This document shows, one piece after another, positions 1-13,525 of a DNA stretch of 64,000 nt. Position 1 is the first letter of the stretch, and every line of letters begins with the position of its first letter. Under the pieces are notes generated by a model. The model did not search any database. It was not told where the DNA came from and saw only the letters and a program-made list of their open reading frames with translations. This DNA comes from Paecilomyces variotii (Eukaryota): the NCBI GenBank assembly GCA_004022145.1, contig RCNU01000002.1; one strand, written 5' to 3'. Both the position numbers and the translations under genes were made by a program.

Positions 1-2227
1 ATCGCGATAATAAGATCGATCAGGGTGTGAGAAGTAGGGGGCATCTTATCACCAGATCCTCCCTGGTTACCCTGCTTGGCTGCCTCCTGCTCTGCGGGAA
101 GAGAAGATTCAAGCATCGAGGTGACACGAGTGAAAGTCTCGTTGAGTTCCTGTGTACAAATTAGCTTTGGTCAAAATGTTTCTTTGATAGGTTTTGTACT
201 GACCTGCTCGGGCGTAATGCTCAGGTAAGCATTGATACATTGCAAGATGTAGCCTCTGTAGTGTGGCAAAGTCTGACTGTACACGTTGAAGAGAACCGCA
301 AGCAAGTTGTTTGCGAAAGTTGCTAAGTGGGCAATGTTCTTCTTTGCCGCTTCCTTTGAGATTCTCCTCTGGAGGATCAAATCGTCTCCTTCGGTATCCA
401 AAGACAGGATAGCCTGGTTTGATTCGACAAGGTTCTGCAAAGCCTTGCAGACATCGACGCGCAGCTCCGTCTGCTGGTACAGCACGTTGGAAAGCAGCTC
501 GGCAAAAGTCTGATCAAATGACTCCACCAGGTCCAGAGGCAGTTCGCAATATCCAGGCAGGATAGCCCAGGTCTGCTGTACAAGCGTCTCGAAGATTTTG
601 ACTTCGACCGACTTCTCCGCTGCCCCGTAGTCCAGAATCCTCTGGTAAAGTGCCTCACTGAGAGGAACAAATTCCGAACGGAAATGAGCGAGGTTCGTGT
701 TGGAGACATGGTCTCTGAGGATTGGAAGAAGCCAAACACGGCCTGGCTGACCAGACTTCTGCTGGGTGATATTCAGAGGCAGAACTTCCAGAACAGCCTG
801 AGGACCCATTGCGTATATGGCTCTTCCCAGCACCTGATCAGCCTGCTTCTTTCCGTGGAAAGATTCGTTCCCTCGCAATTCTCCAATCGTCTTGACGATA
901 TCGGTGAGCAGAGGAGAAGACCTCCATTTAAAAGCGTCGAACATGGCCGAGCAGACGTTGAAGACCTCAGCCCAGGCGGCCTGGTACTTCAACGACAGAA
1001 GATCAGTAGCAGATTTGGCCAGCTTCTCAAGGGTCTTTTCGTCATAGACGGATGGCTCCAGGATCACGCTGTCAGGCACACAATTGGCCAGGAATGAGAT
1101 AAGACATTCCGACGCAGAGATCCTAATGTTGCGGGAAGGAGATGCGAGGAAAGCGGAAACAAGGTCGAACAACTCTGGGAGCTTTGCAAACGTCTCGTCA
1201 GCATCGAGCTGTGCAGCCACGTCGTAACCTCTGGACAGGACCGCAATCCATGGGGGAAGTAGTTGCGAATCGTTCTGCGCTGGCTTAAGTTCTGATATGG
1301 CCTCCAAGAGACGCGGCAGCTTCGATGAAGAGAAGTCATCCGCCATTCCTTCGAAGATGACCTCAAAGACTTCGAAAGCGCCCATAGTAAGAAATTCATT
1401 GCTAGATCGGGAGACGTTCATGAGCAGCTCGCACAGTGGCTCAATCTTCTTGCTGGGCCAGCCACCCGATGCGGATGCGATCGTCTTGACCAGCTGCAGA
1501 GAATGAATAATCGCAGGTTCGTGGTTGTCCTTGTTCTGTCCATAGCGGCCCTTCTTCGCCTTTGCAGCAGCAGTGGCATTATCACTCAAAGTCCTGAGAG
1601 CAGTTTCCGCGCACATGTCCGCAGCCGGGTGATCCAGGGACGGACTCGGGGGCGGCGTCTTCAGAACCTTTGTCAGGGCATCCTGAGCGCGCTTGCGCAC
1701 CTTCGGACGGTGGTCAATAGCCAGGTTCAGCAATCCAGCCATGGCCCGTCGCGGTCCAATCTGCGTCAGCGGCAGATTCCAGGCGGCCGCATCTTGCGCG
1801 ATCAATAGCGACTCGAGAACCCCGATCGACGGTCTCAACAGCGGAGCTTCGACATCCGGCAGCGTCAGCGCTGGCGCAAGGTTGGTAAGAATCTGCGCAA
1901 ACTTGGAGCGGAGGAGAGGTGCGGGGACATAGTCGGCGGTCAAGTCGAGCAAGTACACCACAGAAGTTGCCAGGTCCTTATTGATAATTCCTTGCGAGCT
2001 CGAGAGAGACTGTGTGAGCAGAGCCAGCAGCGCTGCGAAGTAGGCGGTGGGCGAAAAATCTGTTTTCTGATCGCGGAGAGTATCCTCGACTGCGGAGAGC
2101 ACCACGGCAGTCTGAGCACGGTCAGTTTTATGCGGTGGTCGACGGGGAATTCCATGAGACTCACATGTTGCTGGTTCTGCAGCTTGGGCGACTTGATCTT
2201 TTCGAGCTTCTCCGCAAGGGTCGCCAT
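1..2227 (-). CDS. RRP12: Pre-rRNA processing HEAT-repeat protein Rrp12 (5' part; 3' end runs off the window). Introns 2112-2164 and 150-203.
   Basis: Exon 1 MATLAEKLEKIKSPKLQNQQH joins across a GTGAGT..CTGAC..CAG intron to TAVVLSAVEDTL. Rrp12-like motifs: DHRPKVRKRAQ, QPGRVWLLPILRDHV, WAILPGYC. Confidence 0.9.
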
Positions 2228-2369
2228 GGTTGCGATCGACTTGCAGGCAGCTCGAGAAGTCCGTCAGGGCGCGGGGGATCAGATGGAGATCGGAGGTATT
2301 TTTTTTCTGGCAGAAGAAGAGTAAGTTAAGTGATTTTTGGAAAAAGTACAAAAAGTCTTGGCGGCCCTA

Positions 2370-2380
2370 CTTATCGATAG
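2370..2380. promoter_or_regulatory. PAC-like ribosome-biogenesis promoter element CTTATCGATAG upstream of RRP12
   Basis: Near-palindromic CTTATCGATAG about 140 bp upstream of the RRP12 ATG. It resembles the CTTATCG/CGATAAG motif associated with ribosome-biogenesis genes in filamentous fungi (recalled). Confidence 0.45.
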
Positions 2381-2524
2381 CAGCCGCTCTTCCGCCAATC
2401 AGAAACCCCGGCTTTCGTGGATAACTGTGATTTTATTATATATATCATATTATATTATATTCTACTGTTCTCGAGAGAGGCCAGAGCGATGGAAGTAGTA
2501 TGTAGCTGGCTAATGGTATCTTGC

Positions 2525-2559
<35 letters not shown>
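2525..2559. repeat. (AT)n microsatellite
   Basis: Directly visible AT dinucleotide run with one interruption. Confidence 0.95.
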
Positions 2560-3052
2560 GTGGAGGACAGCGGTCTTACTTGCCAGAAGAAGAGGTCGTG
2601 CTGCTGTGCTTCATCCACAGTAGTAGTATCAAGATGCATTCGACAGCAGATTTCTTCTATCACTACAAAGATATCGCTGCGCTCATGTTTTGAAGGATCG
2701 TAAATGGCTGCATTTGTTGTATGCCAAATTTTCACCACCAGGTCGGAGCATTTCACAATATTCTGCACCGCCTGGATCCTCCCTCGTAGCCACTGAAAAA
2801 ATACGGGCTCGCATAGACCGACAAAGCAAATAAAAAGATAACAGCATCGAGTCGTTTCAGCAATTGAAAACCATCATGGCGAGACCAGACGTCTCTTGTT
2901 TCCACTATTTTCGTCCAACGAAGGTTGGCCATACGTCGAGGCCTCAAATTTCCCCGAACTTGAGCATACGGTTTTCGAATCACCTCTGCCAGAATACCAG
3001 GGCTGCCCGCAACCGTAGTGGTGCGCTGCCCCGAGCGGGTGACATGCGGATC

Positions 3053-3896
3053 TCAAAAAATGATCTCTCCACTGTGTTCTGGCTCGAAGCCTAGGGTCTG
3101 CAACTGCTTGTTGCGGGTCTTGTCGCGCTGTTTTCGCTCGCTGTCCTCCTTCTTCTTGAGCTCGAAAACTTCCTGGACCGGTGCCTTCTGCCAGTTGGGT
3201 GGGATATCGTCTTCCCTGTCAAGGTCCTGCGCAGGCCAGAAATGTTAGTACAACGTAGTAAGAGTGCGTAGTGGTGTAACCGGGGAAGCCGCACGATTTC
3301 ACCCAAAAGCAAGACGTTCTCTCCTCGGACCAAGTAGATGCCTCGAGGAATATCAGCGAAGAGATTTCCGGCGTAGATACGCTCGATGGTATCTTGGAGA
3401 ACGAGATTCGCTAGGGAAGACCGGGACATTAGCATTTGACATTGTCGCAGCAGATGGCAGGAAGCAGACATACCGAATTGATCCCAGCTCCTTAGGACAC
3501 CAATCAACTTTCTTCCATCTCGAAGGATTATAACAAGTTTCTCTACAAGTTAAGTAACTCAATCAGCACTCGAAGCCCGCGAACACGAACAGCGTATAGC
3601 AGCAGCTTCCTCCAGTCCATTATATCCGATCTAGCCATAGACCATTGACGCCTTAAGAAGAGGCCCGTCCCTTTCCCAGCAAGGAATTCTTTGAAGTCAG
3701 CGATAATGCACTCACTATCTGTCAAATCCAACAATTGTGCCGCAGTCGTGAACATCTGCGGAGGTAGTTGCGGAGGGCCCTGGGGCACTATCGGGCCCGA
3801 TGGAGGTTGCAAGGGCACATTCTGGGGCGGTTGACCCTGCTGCGCATTGGCCTGCTGGGCCGCAGCAGGATTATCATGAAGTGAAAGCCTTTCCAT
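3053..3896 (-). CDS. LSM1: Sm-like protein Lsm1 (mRNA decapping activator), 4 exons
   Basis: Spliced product ...FTTAAQLLDLTD|KKLVIILRDGRKLIGVLRSWDQF|ANLVLQDTIERIY...RGIYLVRGENVLLLGEI|DLDREDD...HSGEIIF*, with Sm1/Sm2 motifs typical of Lsm1. Confidence 0.93.
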
Positions 3897-4738
3897 CTCC
3901 TGGTATGAAGCGCAATCGTAGGAAGTTTGTCGTCAAGCGTGGGGCAGGACGGAAGGGCTTTTCGTGGGGTCTATGTTTGCGAAGATGGCGACGGTGCTAT
4001 CATTCTGGGAGACAATTCGATCAAGGAGAGTCAGGGAAGACGCCAAAGGAATAAGGCGCGTCACTCCAGCAGAGAAGAGAGCTTGGTTTGGGAATGCGAA
4101 AGATAGCCTCGTCGCAAGGTCTCTGTGTCACTGCTATCGCGGGATCTGTTTGCTCTGTTTGACTGCGATTGATTATGGATGGAGTACTTAAACCACTGCT
4201 ATATTATTTTATTATCTCCTCGTCAGGCTGGGCTTTTATTTTGAGCGGTTCAGTATATGGAAAATACGTAGTCTCTGTGTGATCATTCATATAACCACAA
4301 AATGAAGCTTCCCAGCCAGAGACTCGTCGCATGCTAGTATTGAAAAGTAGGTAGTTACCGCCTACGACCGGATCTACAATATTCTATATTTATAGCAGTG
4401 ATGGAGTCGAGGGACAAATTTAAGATGAGCACTAATCAGCAAGATACAAATTGCCAGAGCAGTAAAACATGCGATTGACAGCAGGGATGATGTATCCTTC
4501 ATGAAGACATCTGAAAAAAAAGAAGACAAATCGGTGACGGCCGCCATTGATATGACCACCCGGATCAAAAGGCGCCTCCGATCTAATAGTTTCACATAAT
4601 TGATCCTCGAGTACCGTACTGTAGGCATAATCCGGTACTATATCATGCCCTTAACAGGATTCCCGCCGGCGCAATCCTAGCAGGGGCATGACATATTATT
4701 TGTAAAGAGGTACAGCAACTCCATCTCTGGCCCTGCAC

Positions 4739-5541
4739 TCACGCAACGCCGATACCACGGCGTTGCTCTCGCATTCTCTGTTCCCGACGTCGGTTGTATG
4801 GAGCATAGAGGGGCTCATCAAAGGTGCCAATGCTTGCTCGAATAGCGCCTTGAGGCTGATGGGAGGTAGGACTGGCTGGTGGCAGGAATTCTATTGCCTT
4901 GAACTGAGCCTGAGTAATGATCTTCAAGCGATACAAATACCGCATCAGCTCGAAATCCGGCCTGTACATGGCCAGCGTTTGTCCGTTCTGATGATGGCCC
5001 TCGACTATGTGGTCGAGCATAGAATCCCAAGCACTTTGCCCCTCAAAGACCTGGCGGCAAATGGGGCAGCTAACAGTCTCTGGCGGCGGATGCGTTCTAA
5101 AATGACTCAGAAGATGCACTTTCCATTGCTCGACATTATCGAGCTCCTCCTCGCACCCGAGAATGTAGAACAGGCAATGGTAACTCAACCGTGACTGTGA
5201 GCCAGAGGGAGCTACAAGGATACCAGTGCCATCATCCTCCAAGAGACGTGCCGCCTCCATCTCCGGTGCCATCCTTGTGTCTATGGACTCGAAGGAATGC
5301 GAGCCTTGAGAGCCGCCCGAGAGAGTCGGAACACGATTCAAACTTGTCATGCTCCCGGCACTGGATGCGACGACCTTGCCTGAAGACTGAAATACAGTCA
5401 CTGAGGAGGGACCCGATCGTGACTGGCTGCTGACGGTAGATGAACCTCCTGATAGAATGTTAACTGAGCCTCCCGGGTGATCCTGTTCCCATTTCCTCAG
5501 CCTCAGTCTTTCAGCAGGGAGTTTTGAGCTCGAGGGAGCCA
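4739..5541 (-). CDS. Hypothetical protein with two C2H2-like zinc-finger motifs (main 3' exon; upstream exons probably to about 5800, not resolved)
   Basis: Long open frame containing CLFYILGC..WKVHLLSH and CPIC..MLDHIVEGHH. A CTGAC..CAG acceptor lies at 5542-5544. Confidence 0.6.
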
Positions 5542-6642
5542 CTGAGACGCAGTCAGTATACATTTTCAGCATTGAGGGTTTGATCTGGGCCACATACTCG
5601 CACACAGTTCAAAAAATGCCCATCAACCGCGTAGTCTGCTTGTCCTAGCCGACATAATTGAGGCATGCCTGCTGGAATTTGAGGTGAGAAAACAACCAAG
5701 CATGGTATCTTTCCGACAGACAGACGAGGAGAATCGTGGAGGGATGCTCCCAGCACCACGAACCATCACCGGGTCGGTCGGACGAACGCTGGCCATCATA
5801 GACAAGTCGCAGTGGGCCACGTCGATGTGCATCTTGACAGAAAGCGCGGGTTGAGAGACGGCAATTCAAGACGGCCAATTGCACGAAAGTGGCCGATATG
5901 CACATTCGACATCCTGTCAGCACACGCCAGAATTGAACCCACGCGCTCTCCCCACCACGATCGCAACATTAGTATTATCTATCAGACCACAGAGCCTCAT
6001 GTGTAGTAACATCTCTGGGCACGCGGCCCAACTCTCAACGGACCATCACAAAACCCCTCGAAACATCGTCGAAGCTGCCGCAGTGCATACCGAATCCCAC
6101 TCCAACGGAGTTCGACAGGAAAATTCAAGGTTAGAAGAAACCCTGTCGGACGGACATTATCAACTCCTTGGCAGGATTGGCTGGGCTGTTAAGAGTTGGC
6201 TTTTTTTGCGCACCGACAATTTCCCCACAGCTGCATGCGATCGTGGAGATCAGCAGCTGAACCATTTGCTCCTAAATTTTCTTCTTCAACCATCGATAGA
6301 CGAGATGGCGTAACAGCAGAGGGGAAACATCCTTGTCCACCCAGCTACGTACACATACCGATATCCGACTATCGGGCTCATCCTCATAGTCCTAAAAAAA
6401 GGTGGTTCCCGCTAAATGCGGCTATCATGAGGCTCTCCTCGTCCCCATGATGCAAGACACGCCAGGGTGTGTTGTACAGTAAATCGAGACAGCTCAGTCT
6501 CGCAGAACGACCATTGAGCCCTGGTATGTTTTCTCCGTGAGTCGGATGCGGCACATATTGTTTTGTCGTATACTATATTGATCATAACTATTGAATTTCG
6601 TGACAGACCGTAGATATTATTGCACAATGCTTTTGGCTGAGA

Positions 6643-7656
6643 TTAGTATATACAGCTGAGATATGACGGCTTCCTGGTGGGCTGTCGTTTCTCTATCCAG
6701 GTAGTAAAGTGTTTCGTTCCGAGGAGTTTCCCTTGAGAAATGTGGTTCCTTTCAGTAGTCGAATTCGTTCTCTGAGTGGTCATGATGTCTGTCGCGGACT
6801 CTCCGTCAGAGTAAGGATGTCCATGGGGAACGATAGGTGCGTTCCCGAGAGAATGGAAGCTTTGGAGCCTGACGTTGGAACCTGATCCTCGTCGAATAGC
6901 TTCTAGCAGCCTCCCAAGGATCGCAAACTCGAGCTTCAACTTCAGGCTGTAAATAGTCCCCTTCAGCGTCACTTGAAGAGCGTAGTAGTCGGCGTATTCG
7001 AGACTGAGGAGAAGAATGTCCATGAGGACTATGAAAATATTGATTCCAACCAGTTGATAAATAGTTTTGCGATCTTCCTTCTCCGAGCCGATGCGGAGAA
7101 GCCTGACGCTTTCGATGACGTAGAGTCCAGAGATGATTGCTTCCTGGACAGTAAAGCCAGTTATCTGAATCTTCTCCATGACTCCGTAGGCCTCGCGGAA
7201 AAGTTGTGGCCCGTGAGGGATATTGGAGCCGTAGGTCAGAACTGTAGTCGGGACGTGAAGAAATACTACGTTCGCGCAAATCATATAGAGGACTCGACGA
7301 AGGATCCAATCATCCTGGAGGACGAGATGTAACCTCGAATATAACACGAGTGCCTGACCCGTCACCATCGCCCACCAGCCGGCAGTTAGGATAGTGACAG
7401 ATATGAAGGAATTGGTGTTGCTGAAGTACTTCAGCATGAAGCCCAGGGAATATGGCATAACCCCCAGGAACGATGAGATAAGAAGACTCCAGAAGTATAG
7501 TCCCCTCCATTGGCGAAATGTAGAAAGGGCCAAGGCAACCAGTTCGATTACATTGTACCAGGAGATAGCGAGGAAAGTCACCACTATCAGCCGCAATGCG
7601 TCTCCCCATCTAAGGTCGCTGGGGAGACCATCGATGGGCACTTTCATTGACGACAT
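6643..7656 (-). CDS. Fungal integral membrane protein (about 6-7 TM helices, uncharacterised family)
   Basis: Single 337-aa ATG ORF with multiple hydrophobic segments. Motifs GLYFWSLL, GQALVLYSRLHLV and YSLKLKLEFAIL are typical of an expanded ascomycete membrane-protein family. Confidence 0.8.
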   Translation of the reverse strand: MSSMKVPIDGLPSDLRWGDALRLIVVTFLAISWYNVIELVALALSTFRQWRGLYFWSLLISSFLGVMPYSLGFMLKYFSNTNSFISVTILTAGWWAMVTGQALVLYSRLHLVLQDDWILRRVLYMICANVVFLHVPTTVLTYGSNIPHGPQLFREAYGVMEKIQITGFTVQEAIISGLYVIESVRLLRIGSEKEDRKTIYQLVGINIFIVLMDILLLSLEYADYYALQVTLKGTIYSLKLKLEFAILGRLLEAIRRGSGSNVRLQSFHSLGNAPIVPHGHPYSDGESATDIMTTQRTNSTTERNHISQGKLLGTKHFTTWIEKRQPTRKPSYLSCIY

Positions 7657-8893
7657 TTGCTTCAGACAGGGAGCAGTATACGGTCGAGTAGAATGGTGTC
7701 AACATAAACAGATCGTAGTTATTTGCCAAGAGCGTTGATAGACGGCCGGCGTCGATCTTCGCTGTTGTTGATCGCTGCGCGGGAACCAGAACAGTCAACC
7801 AATGCCTTCACGGTATGGAGAGGAGAAATTCTTTCAATGGCTTCGACATTGCAGGGGTCGACCGGCTTTTCTTTGGAATAGAGCAGATATGTATGTAAGG
7901 ATGGGGGGCGCATGAATGCCGGGTACGTTGTTTCAGCATTCGAGGCGAGCGCCCTGCGACAAACCCCTTGATGTAATAATCGAGCATCGTTGTCTGACGT
8001 CTATTTCAAGACAAGAACCAACCTTCATTCCTGCTGTTTCACAAGGCCGAATTATGTATGGCGATGACACTGCTTAATAGCATAAAAATGCCAGATAATG
8101 GCATGAAAAAAGGCGCTGCACTCATGCCAACACGGGCGCACTGATTAAACCGTACTTCTGTCGAAGCTCCTGAACCTCGTTCTATTTGGGAGAACGAGAA
8201 AAGATCTTTGCACACTTCGAAACGAAGAGACCTTCCACCTCATTTTCCCTTTCGGGAATCCTGTTAGGATCGTCCCCATGGCGCCGCCCTTGTCTCGTCC
8301 GGCATGAGAGAATTTGGACACATGGCCAGTGGGTCAGGGGTCTGGGGTTTGTCGTGACTCCTTGAAACTCCTCCCGACCTCGATTCCCTGCAAACAGGCC
8401 ACTACACGATGATCCATTACAACAATTTGGGCAAAAGGTCGTTTCCTGAAGTGGTACGATGTATCTGGACTTCCAAAATCGAATTAGAGATCCGCGGAGC
8501 TGTTGCTCTGTGCGTCAGACGTACCGGTCTCGTGGGAGTCCCTCAAGCACATGGCATCTCGGCTGAAGTCTTCTTGACCTTACTATTCAGACCTAAGTTC
8601 GAAAATGCGTCTCCCAGAAATCGAGATCTAACATCGCCGGTTTCCCATCCGGCATTTGGCGTACGATGCTGTCTGAAGCGGCGACCTGAAACGCTAAGTT
8701 TGTCACGATGACACCGGAAAGCGACGGTTATTGATAATCTAGGAAAGAATTGATTTACCTCCATAGGATATCGAGAGCTCCTTCTGCTATCAGGGATATA
8801 TTAAACCAGTCAATATTGACGATGAGAGGGCGCTAACAAAAAGACGATCAACAAAAAGCATCCATAAGGTAACTCTGCCCGTAGATTCAACAT

Positions 8894-11800
8894 TCATTGT
8901 GTGGTCTCGACGGCCGCATCGCGTCTATTTCTGAGGATATCAACAACTGTAGCTGCAGCTCTCGTTTCAACTTCGATGGGATTCACTCCGTCGGTCAGTT
9001 CGACTATGACCTCATCCCCCACACTCACACTACATAGCCATTTGTATCCCATCTCATTTTCATGATCTGGTATATTCTCCTTCCTGGTATTGTAAGATAC
9101 CCGTGATGATTGTGCGGCATGGCCCACTCGTTCCTTCGGGTGAAGGAGATCTATTTTCACGCTCAAGATCCGTTGCATGTATTGCAAAAGACCTATCTTC
9201 TCGAGAAAGTGGTGGCATGCGTCCATGGATCCGTGAGAATCAACAAATATAGCTCCAAGAAGACTCTCGATTAGATCGGAAAAGAATTTATCTGCCTCTA
9301 GCCGTGACAAGAGAGCCCAAGGATAGGTTTCTGAACTGTACAGTGCGTCGTAGATCTCTTGGCGGTGTTCCATAAACCTTGCTGATGTGGTCTGTTGAGC
9401 TGCTTTTATCTCTGGTGAAGTTGAATGCCTCATGAATTGCCACAGGTATGTTTTCCGGATTATCTCCTTCATGGATTCGCCAGGCATATCTGGGTTGGTT
9501 ATCTCCCAGCGAGTTTCGTCTAGCGAGGTGTCCAAGCAGAGAAATGCTAGGAAGTCTGCGTTGACTAATGCTGTGCGCATGACATGCATTTCCGCATGAG
9601 GTATCTCTCCGGAACTAAAAAGCATTCGCGTAACGATATGATCCAACACGGAGTCGCCCAAGAATTCCAGTCTTTGGTAGGACATATAGTCATCTCGGCT
9701 ACAGGGATGCGTCAGTGCCTCGACTAGAAGTGCCCTTTTCGTGAAGGTATGCCCGATGACTCGTTCGACTTGCGATAGATGAGAGAAAGCCCTAGACTCT
9801 TCAGGAACAGCATCGTACAGCTGGTTTATTCTGTCATCCAAGGGCCACCATTCGAAATCTGGAAGAAACAGGCGAAGACATCGGATAGCTTTTCCCACAC
9901 CACCGTCAATAAATGCTGCTCCAATGAGTCCTTCAACGACGTCTGCAAGTACTTTTGTGGATAGCTCCCTTTCTCTTGGGACATCAGTTTCCATGACTGG
10001 TTTGATAAGATCAGTGATGTAACTTGGACGCCATTTGTTACCGGTAAATGGACTGGTGATAATGTATTCATTTAGCCCTGTATTGAGCGCCGCTCTTGAC
10101 AGGCGAGCATTGGAGACGAGCTTATCCTTTTCACAAGATAAAAGGCCTTCGTGCCATAGCTGATTTGCGGCCGTTATTTGAACCGCAGTAGTGAACTTCA
10201 GAACACTATCTCCTAGGAACTCCAGACGCTGATAGTCTATTTGTTCTCTTGCAGCCGATGCACAGATCGCAGCCATTACCAGAGATAAGTCGTCAAACCC
10301 AACAGAAGCCAGTAATGTACAGGACAATTTCTGGGCCAGAAGGGCGACCTCAATCTCATGAATAATAGACGGTATAAAAAGTGCAGCCCTCGCGTATGCA
10401 ACAGGTAGACGATCAACCGAGCAAGCTCGAGCTAGCGCACAATGTTTGGATGTATGGTGGATGGGTGCCTCCTTGTTGCTAGCAACCGGATGAAGGAAAT
10501 CAGTGCGTTTCGGTAAGACAGTACCTTGAATGTGCATCTGTGGTTGTTCTTCACTATCGCCACTGATTTGTCCATCTTTGGGGCCATCCTCCCCACAGAT
10601 GGTAGGGGCCTTCCACAACACTTCCTCGATGATAAAAGGGCGCCCATATCTTCCATTGTCTCTCGCAATCCCTAATCCCTTAAAGTCATCCGGGTCAGAT
10701 ATCCGTATGTCTTCGGCACTTAACATACCCTTGACAGAAGTAAGCCATGGCCCGATTGAATGGGCCAGTGCAGAGAGATTCGGCACAAATAGAGCCGGGA
10801 AGTCAGTACGACTGTCATCAACACGAGCAGGGAAAGCAGAGTGTAGCAGTTGGTATGTAGTATCGACAGCGTGCCCAATCAATTCTGATGGAAAACTGGA
10901 ATGTCTCGACTTCAAAGTCACGGTCAGAGTCATGTCTTGATTCCAGTACAGCTTGAAAGGGGGCACAACGGGGAGGCGGATTGGCGTAAGTATCAATAGG
11001 GAGGGCACTCCAAACTCCATGGGTGAGAAGTTTACTTCCGTCTCGAATATAGCTGGAGACACCGGCGCTGTCCATAGTCTTCCAATATCTATCCAGGGAT
11101 TTATACATGATTGACATTGGACAGTGCTTGGTCGACTGTCACCTGGTCTGGCTGTGTCTGACCGTCTCTCACAGTGTTTTGGCATCAGGTTATCGTTGAC
11201 GAGACCGGCTTGGTAAAGTAGAAGATAGGCTTGAAAAGCTGCCTCTCGCTTGGCATTTTTTTCAGTCATCCATAATCTTTTACCGCTGATCTCTCGAAGA
11301 CTGGGATCAAGAAATCCGGGGAGGACCACCGTCGCCTTTACCAAGCCATCATCTCCAAAGTAATTATTCATGATGAATTCAGGTCGATTATCCGCGTACG
11401 AGTAGGATACGGTAGAGCAAAAGTGCTCAAGATATGGACGCGCGTTGTCATAGTCCAAGCGTGCACTAACCAGATCAGCATATATAAGAGGATACTATGG
11501 GATATCTGCATGGTTTGGCATACCCCGTTGAAGGAACAGTGAATGCTTCATCGCCTTGTTCCTCGATCCTCTCCCTGTTTTGGATCTCCTCTATCCGATT
11601 CTTATTGTCGGAATATAGCTTCTTCATTGCTTCTCCCATCATTGCCCATCTCTTTTGTGCATTTCGATCATCTTTTTCCAGGAACATTATGAATTTAGAG
11701 CCACGCATCCGAGCTCGGCCTCGCCTCTGAACGAAACCTTTTAGGTCGCTTGGGCTATCATAACAAATAACGAGGTTGCACGCAGAGATGTCTATCCCTT

Positions 11801-13525
11801 CCTCGAGCACCGTGGTAGCGACAAGAGCGTTCTTCTTGCCTGTTCTGAGGTCATCGATGGCATTCTTCTGGTCTCGGATATGAAAGAATTCAGAAAGTTT
11901 GGATTTGCGAGAAGCATAACCGCTGTTCCCTACGAAATATCCAGGGACAATCTTGTCCATCAGAGGATGAACGGAGAGGAGATGCGTGAGCATCACAACT
12001 TGATTTCGTTCTTTGGCGAATATGATGACACGAAACCCGGGAGCGAATTCCCTGGCCAATGTTTGAACTAGAAGATTAGCTTTCTCTGAAAGTATATCAG
12101 GGACACTCAACCATTGCCTCGCCTCAGTAAGGTCTATTCGAGGCAACAAATTCGCAACATATCTCTTTTCATCACTCTCCCAGTCGACCAGAATGTGACT
12201 TCCAGGTCCATCAGGGACACCGGAATAGAATCTTTCGATGCATGCTCTTATGAACAAATCAGCTGCCCAAGGGCCAAGCTCATCATGAATGGCAATAGAA
12301 CTGCGCAAGAAACGATTTAGTTCTTTCTGACAAGGTGTTTTTCGTGAAAGTAGTAGATCTGATAACTTATCAATGCTTTTCGGGTCGTCTGCATTTCGTA
12401 ATCTTTGTATTTCAGGGTCGTTTTCAATGTTGTCGAAAGCCTCGGCGACTAGCTTCCCAAGACTTTGGAGCAGTTGCGAATAAAGTAACTGGTCTTTTCG
12501 ATACGGGACTGTCACCAGTTCTGGTTGATGAACATATTGTAATAACTCTTCTCGGTGGATAGTCGGGCTTCTGACTACTGCATTTAAGTTCTTTTGAAGC
12601 TCCCTAGATATTGGCTTTCAGCAACCTCTTGAACAGTAAAAATGTATTCCACACTTCAAAGACAACGGACGTACGATTTCATGATTGGACTCGCAGTGAG
12701 TGCCATTATATTAGGAAGCTCGCAGGCATCTCCAGACTCCCTAAACGGATGATAGAACTTCTGCATGATATCGTTCATTGGGTGCGAAGAAGCACAATGG
12801 TGAGCTGACTCCTGTTAGTGGTATGCTGGCGACTATTCAGCTGTGGGGATGTACCCTCGTCAAATATGAGGAGAGCTATACGAGAAAACTGGACGAATCC
12901 TCTTGATCGTGCATCTAACAGAACCTGAGGGGTCGAAACAACGATGCGTATATTCAAGAGGATCGAATCCCAGATCGCTTGTGTGCTCCAGTGTTCAACA
13001 CCGTCTGCTCCAGAAAGTAGCGTTGTTTGAAATGCAGGCAATTGATCGGATATGAATGCATGTTGCTGGGTAGCTAGAGCCACAGTAGGAGCAAGAAACC
13101 AGACCATCTGGGTCTCCTGTTAGTGATTTTCTGCTTCGGAGCAGAAACTCTAGTGTAGCTCTTACCTTGCCCTCAGGACATCGTTCGAGCTCTGCTTGTA
13201 TCCGAAGGATAGCGCTAGAAGGTACAAGAGCGTAAGTCGATTAGGGTCGAAACCGGATGAGGACGGTGATCTTGCATACATCTGTGTCTTACCACTACCC
13301 GTCTCCATCTACGCACCTCGTTACGAACGGTTAGCTGGCTAGTTTACTATGCGTTTGAATGAAAGGAGTATCGTTACTTGCCGCGACAATTGTATTTTGA
13401 CGGAGGGCCTCCGCTAGCATCTCCAGCTGATAAGCTCTTGACTTGCGCATTGTGGACTCCTTGTGAGCTAGCTGATGGTCTGAATCTGCTTCTGTTGATG
13501 GACCCATATCTGAGGTCTCTTGCAT
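8894..13525 (-). CDS. dcl2: Dicer-like protein 2 (DExH helicase, dimerisation domain, 2x RNase III, dsRBD-like C-terminus), 7 exons
   Basis: Helicase motifs RAYQLEM, METGSGKT, DEAHH, LTAS, ATTVLEEGIDI, QRRGRAR. Two YQRLEFLGDS RNase III signatures with downstream ADVVE/SDLIE acidic residues. All exons join in frame. Confidence 0.93.

Noticed and set aside
12604..12674. Apparent in-frame TGA in the dcl2 helicase region (IMKSYVRCL*), suggesting a pseudogene
   Set aside because: It falls inside a 71-nt GTACGT..TAG intron. Splicing restores IMKSELQKNLNAVVRSP.
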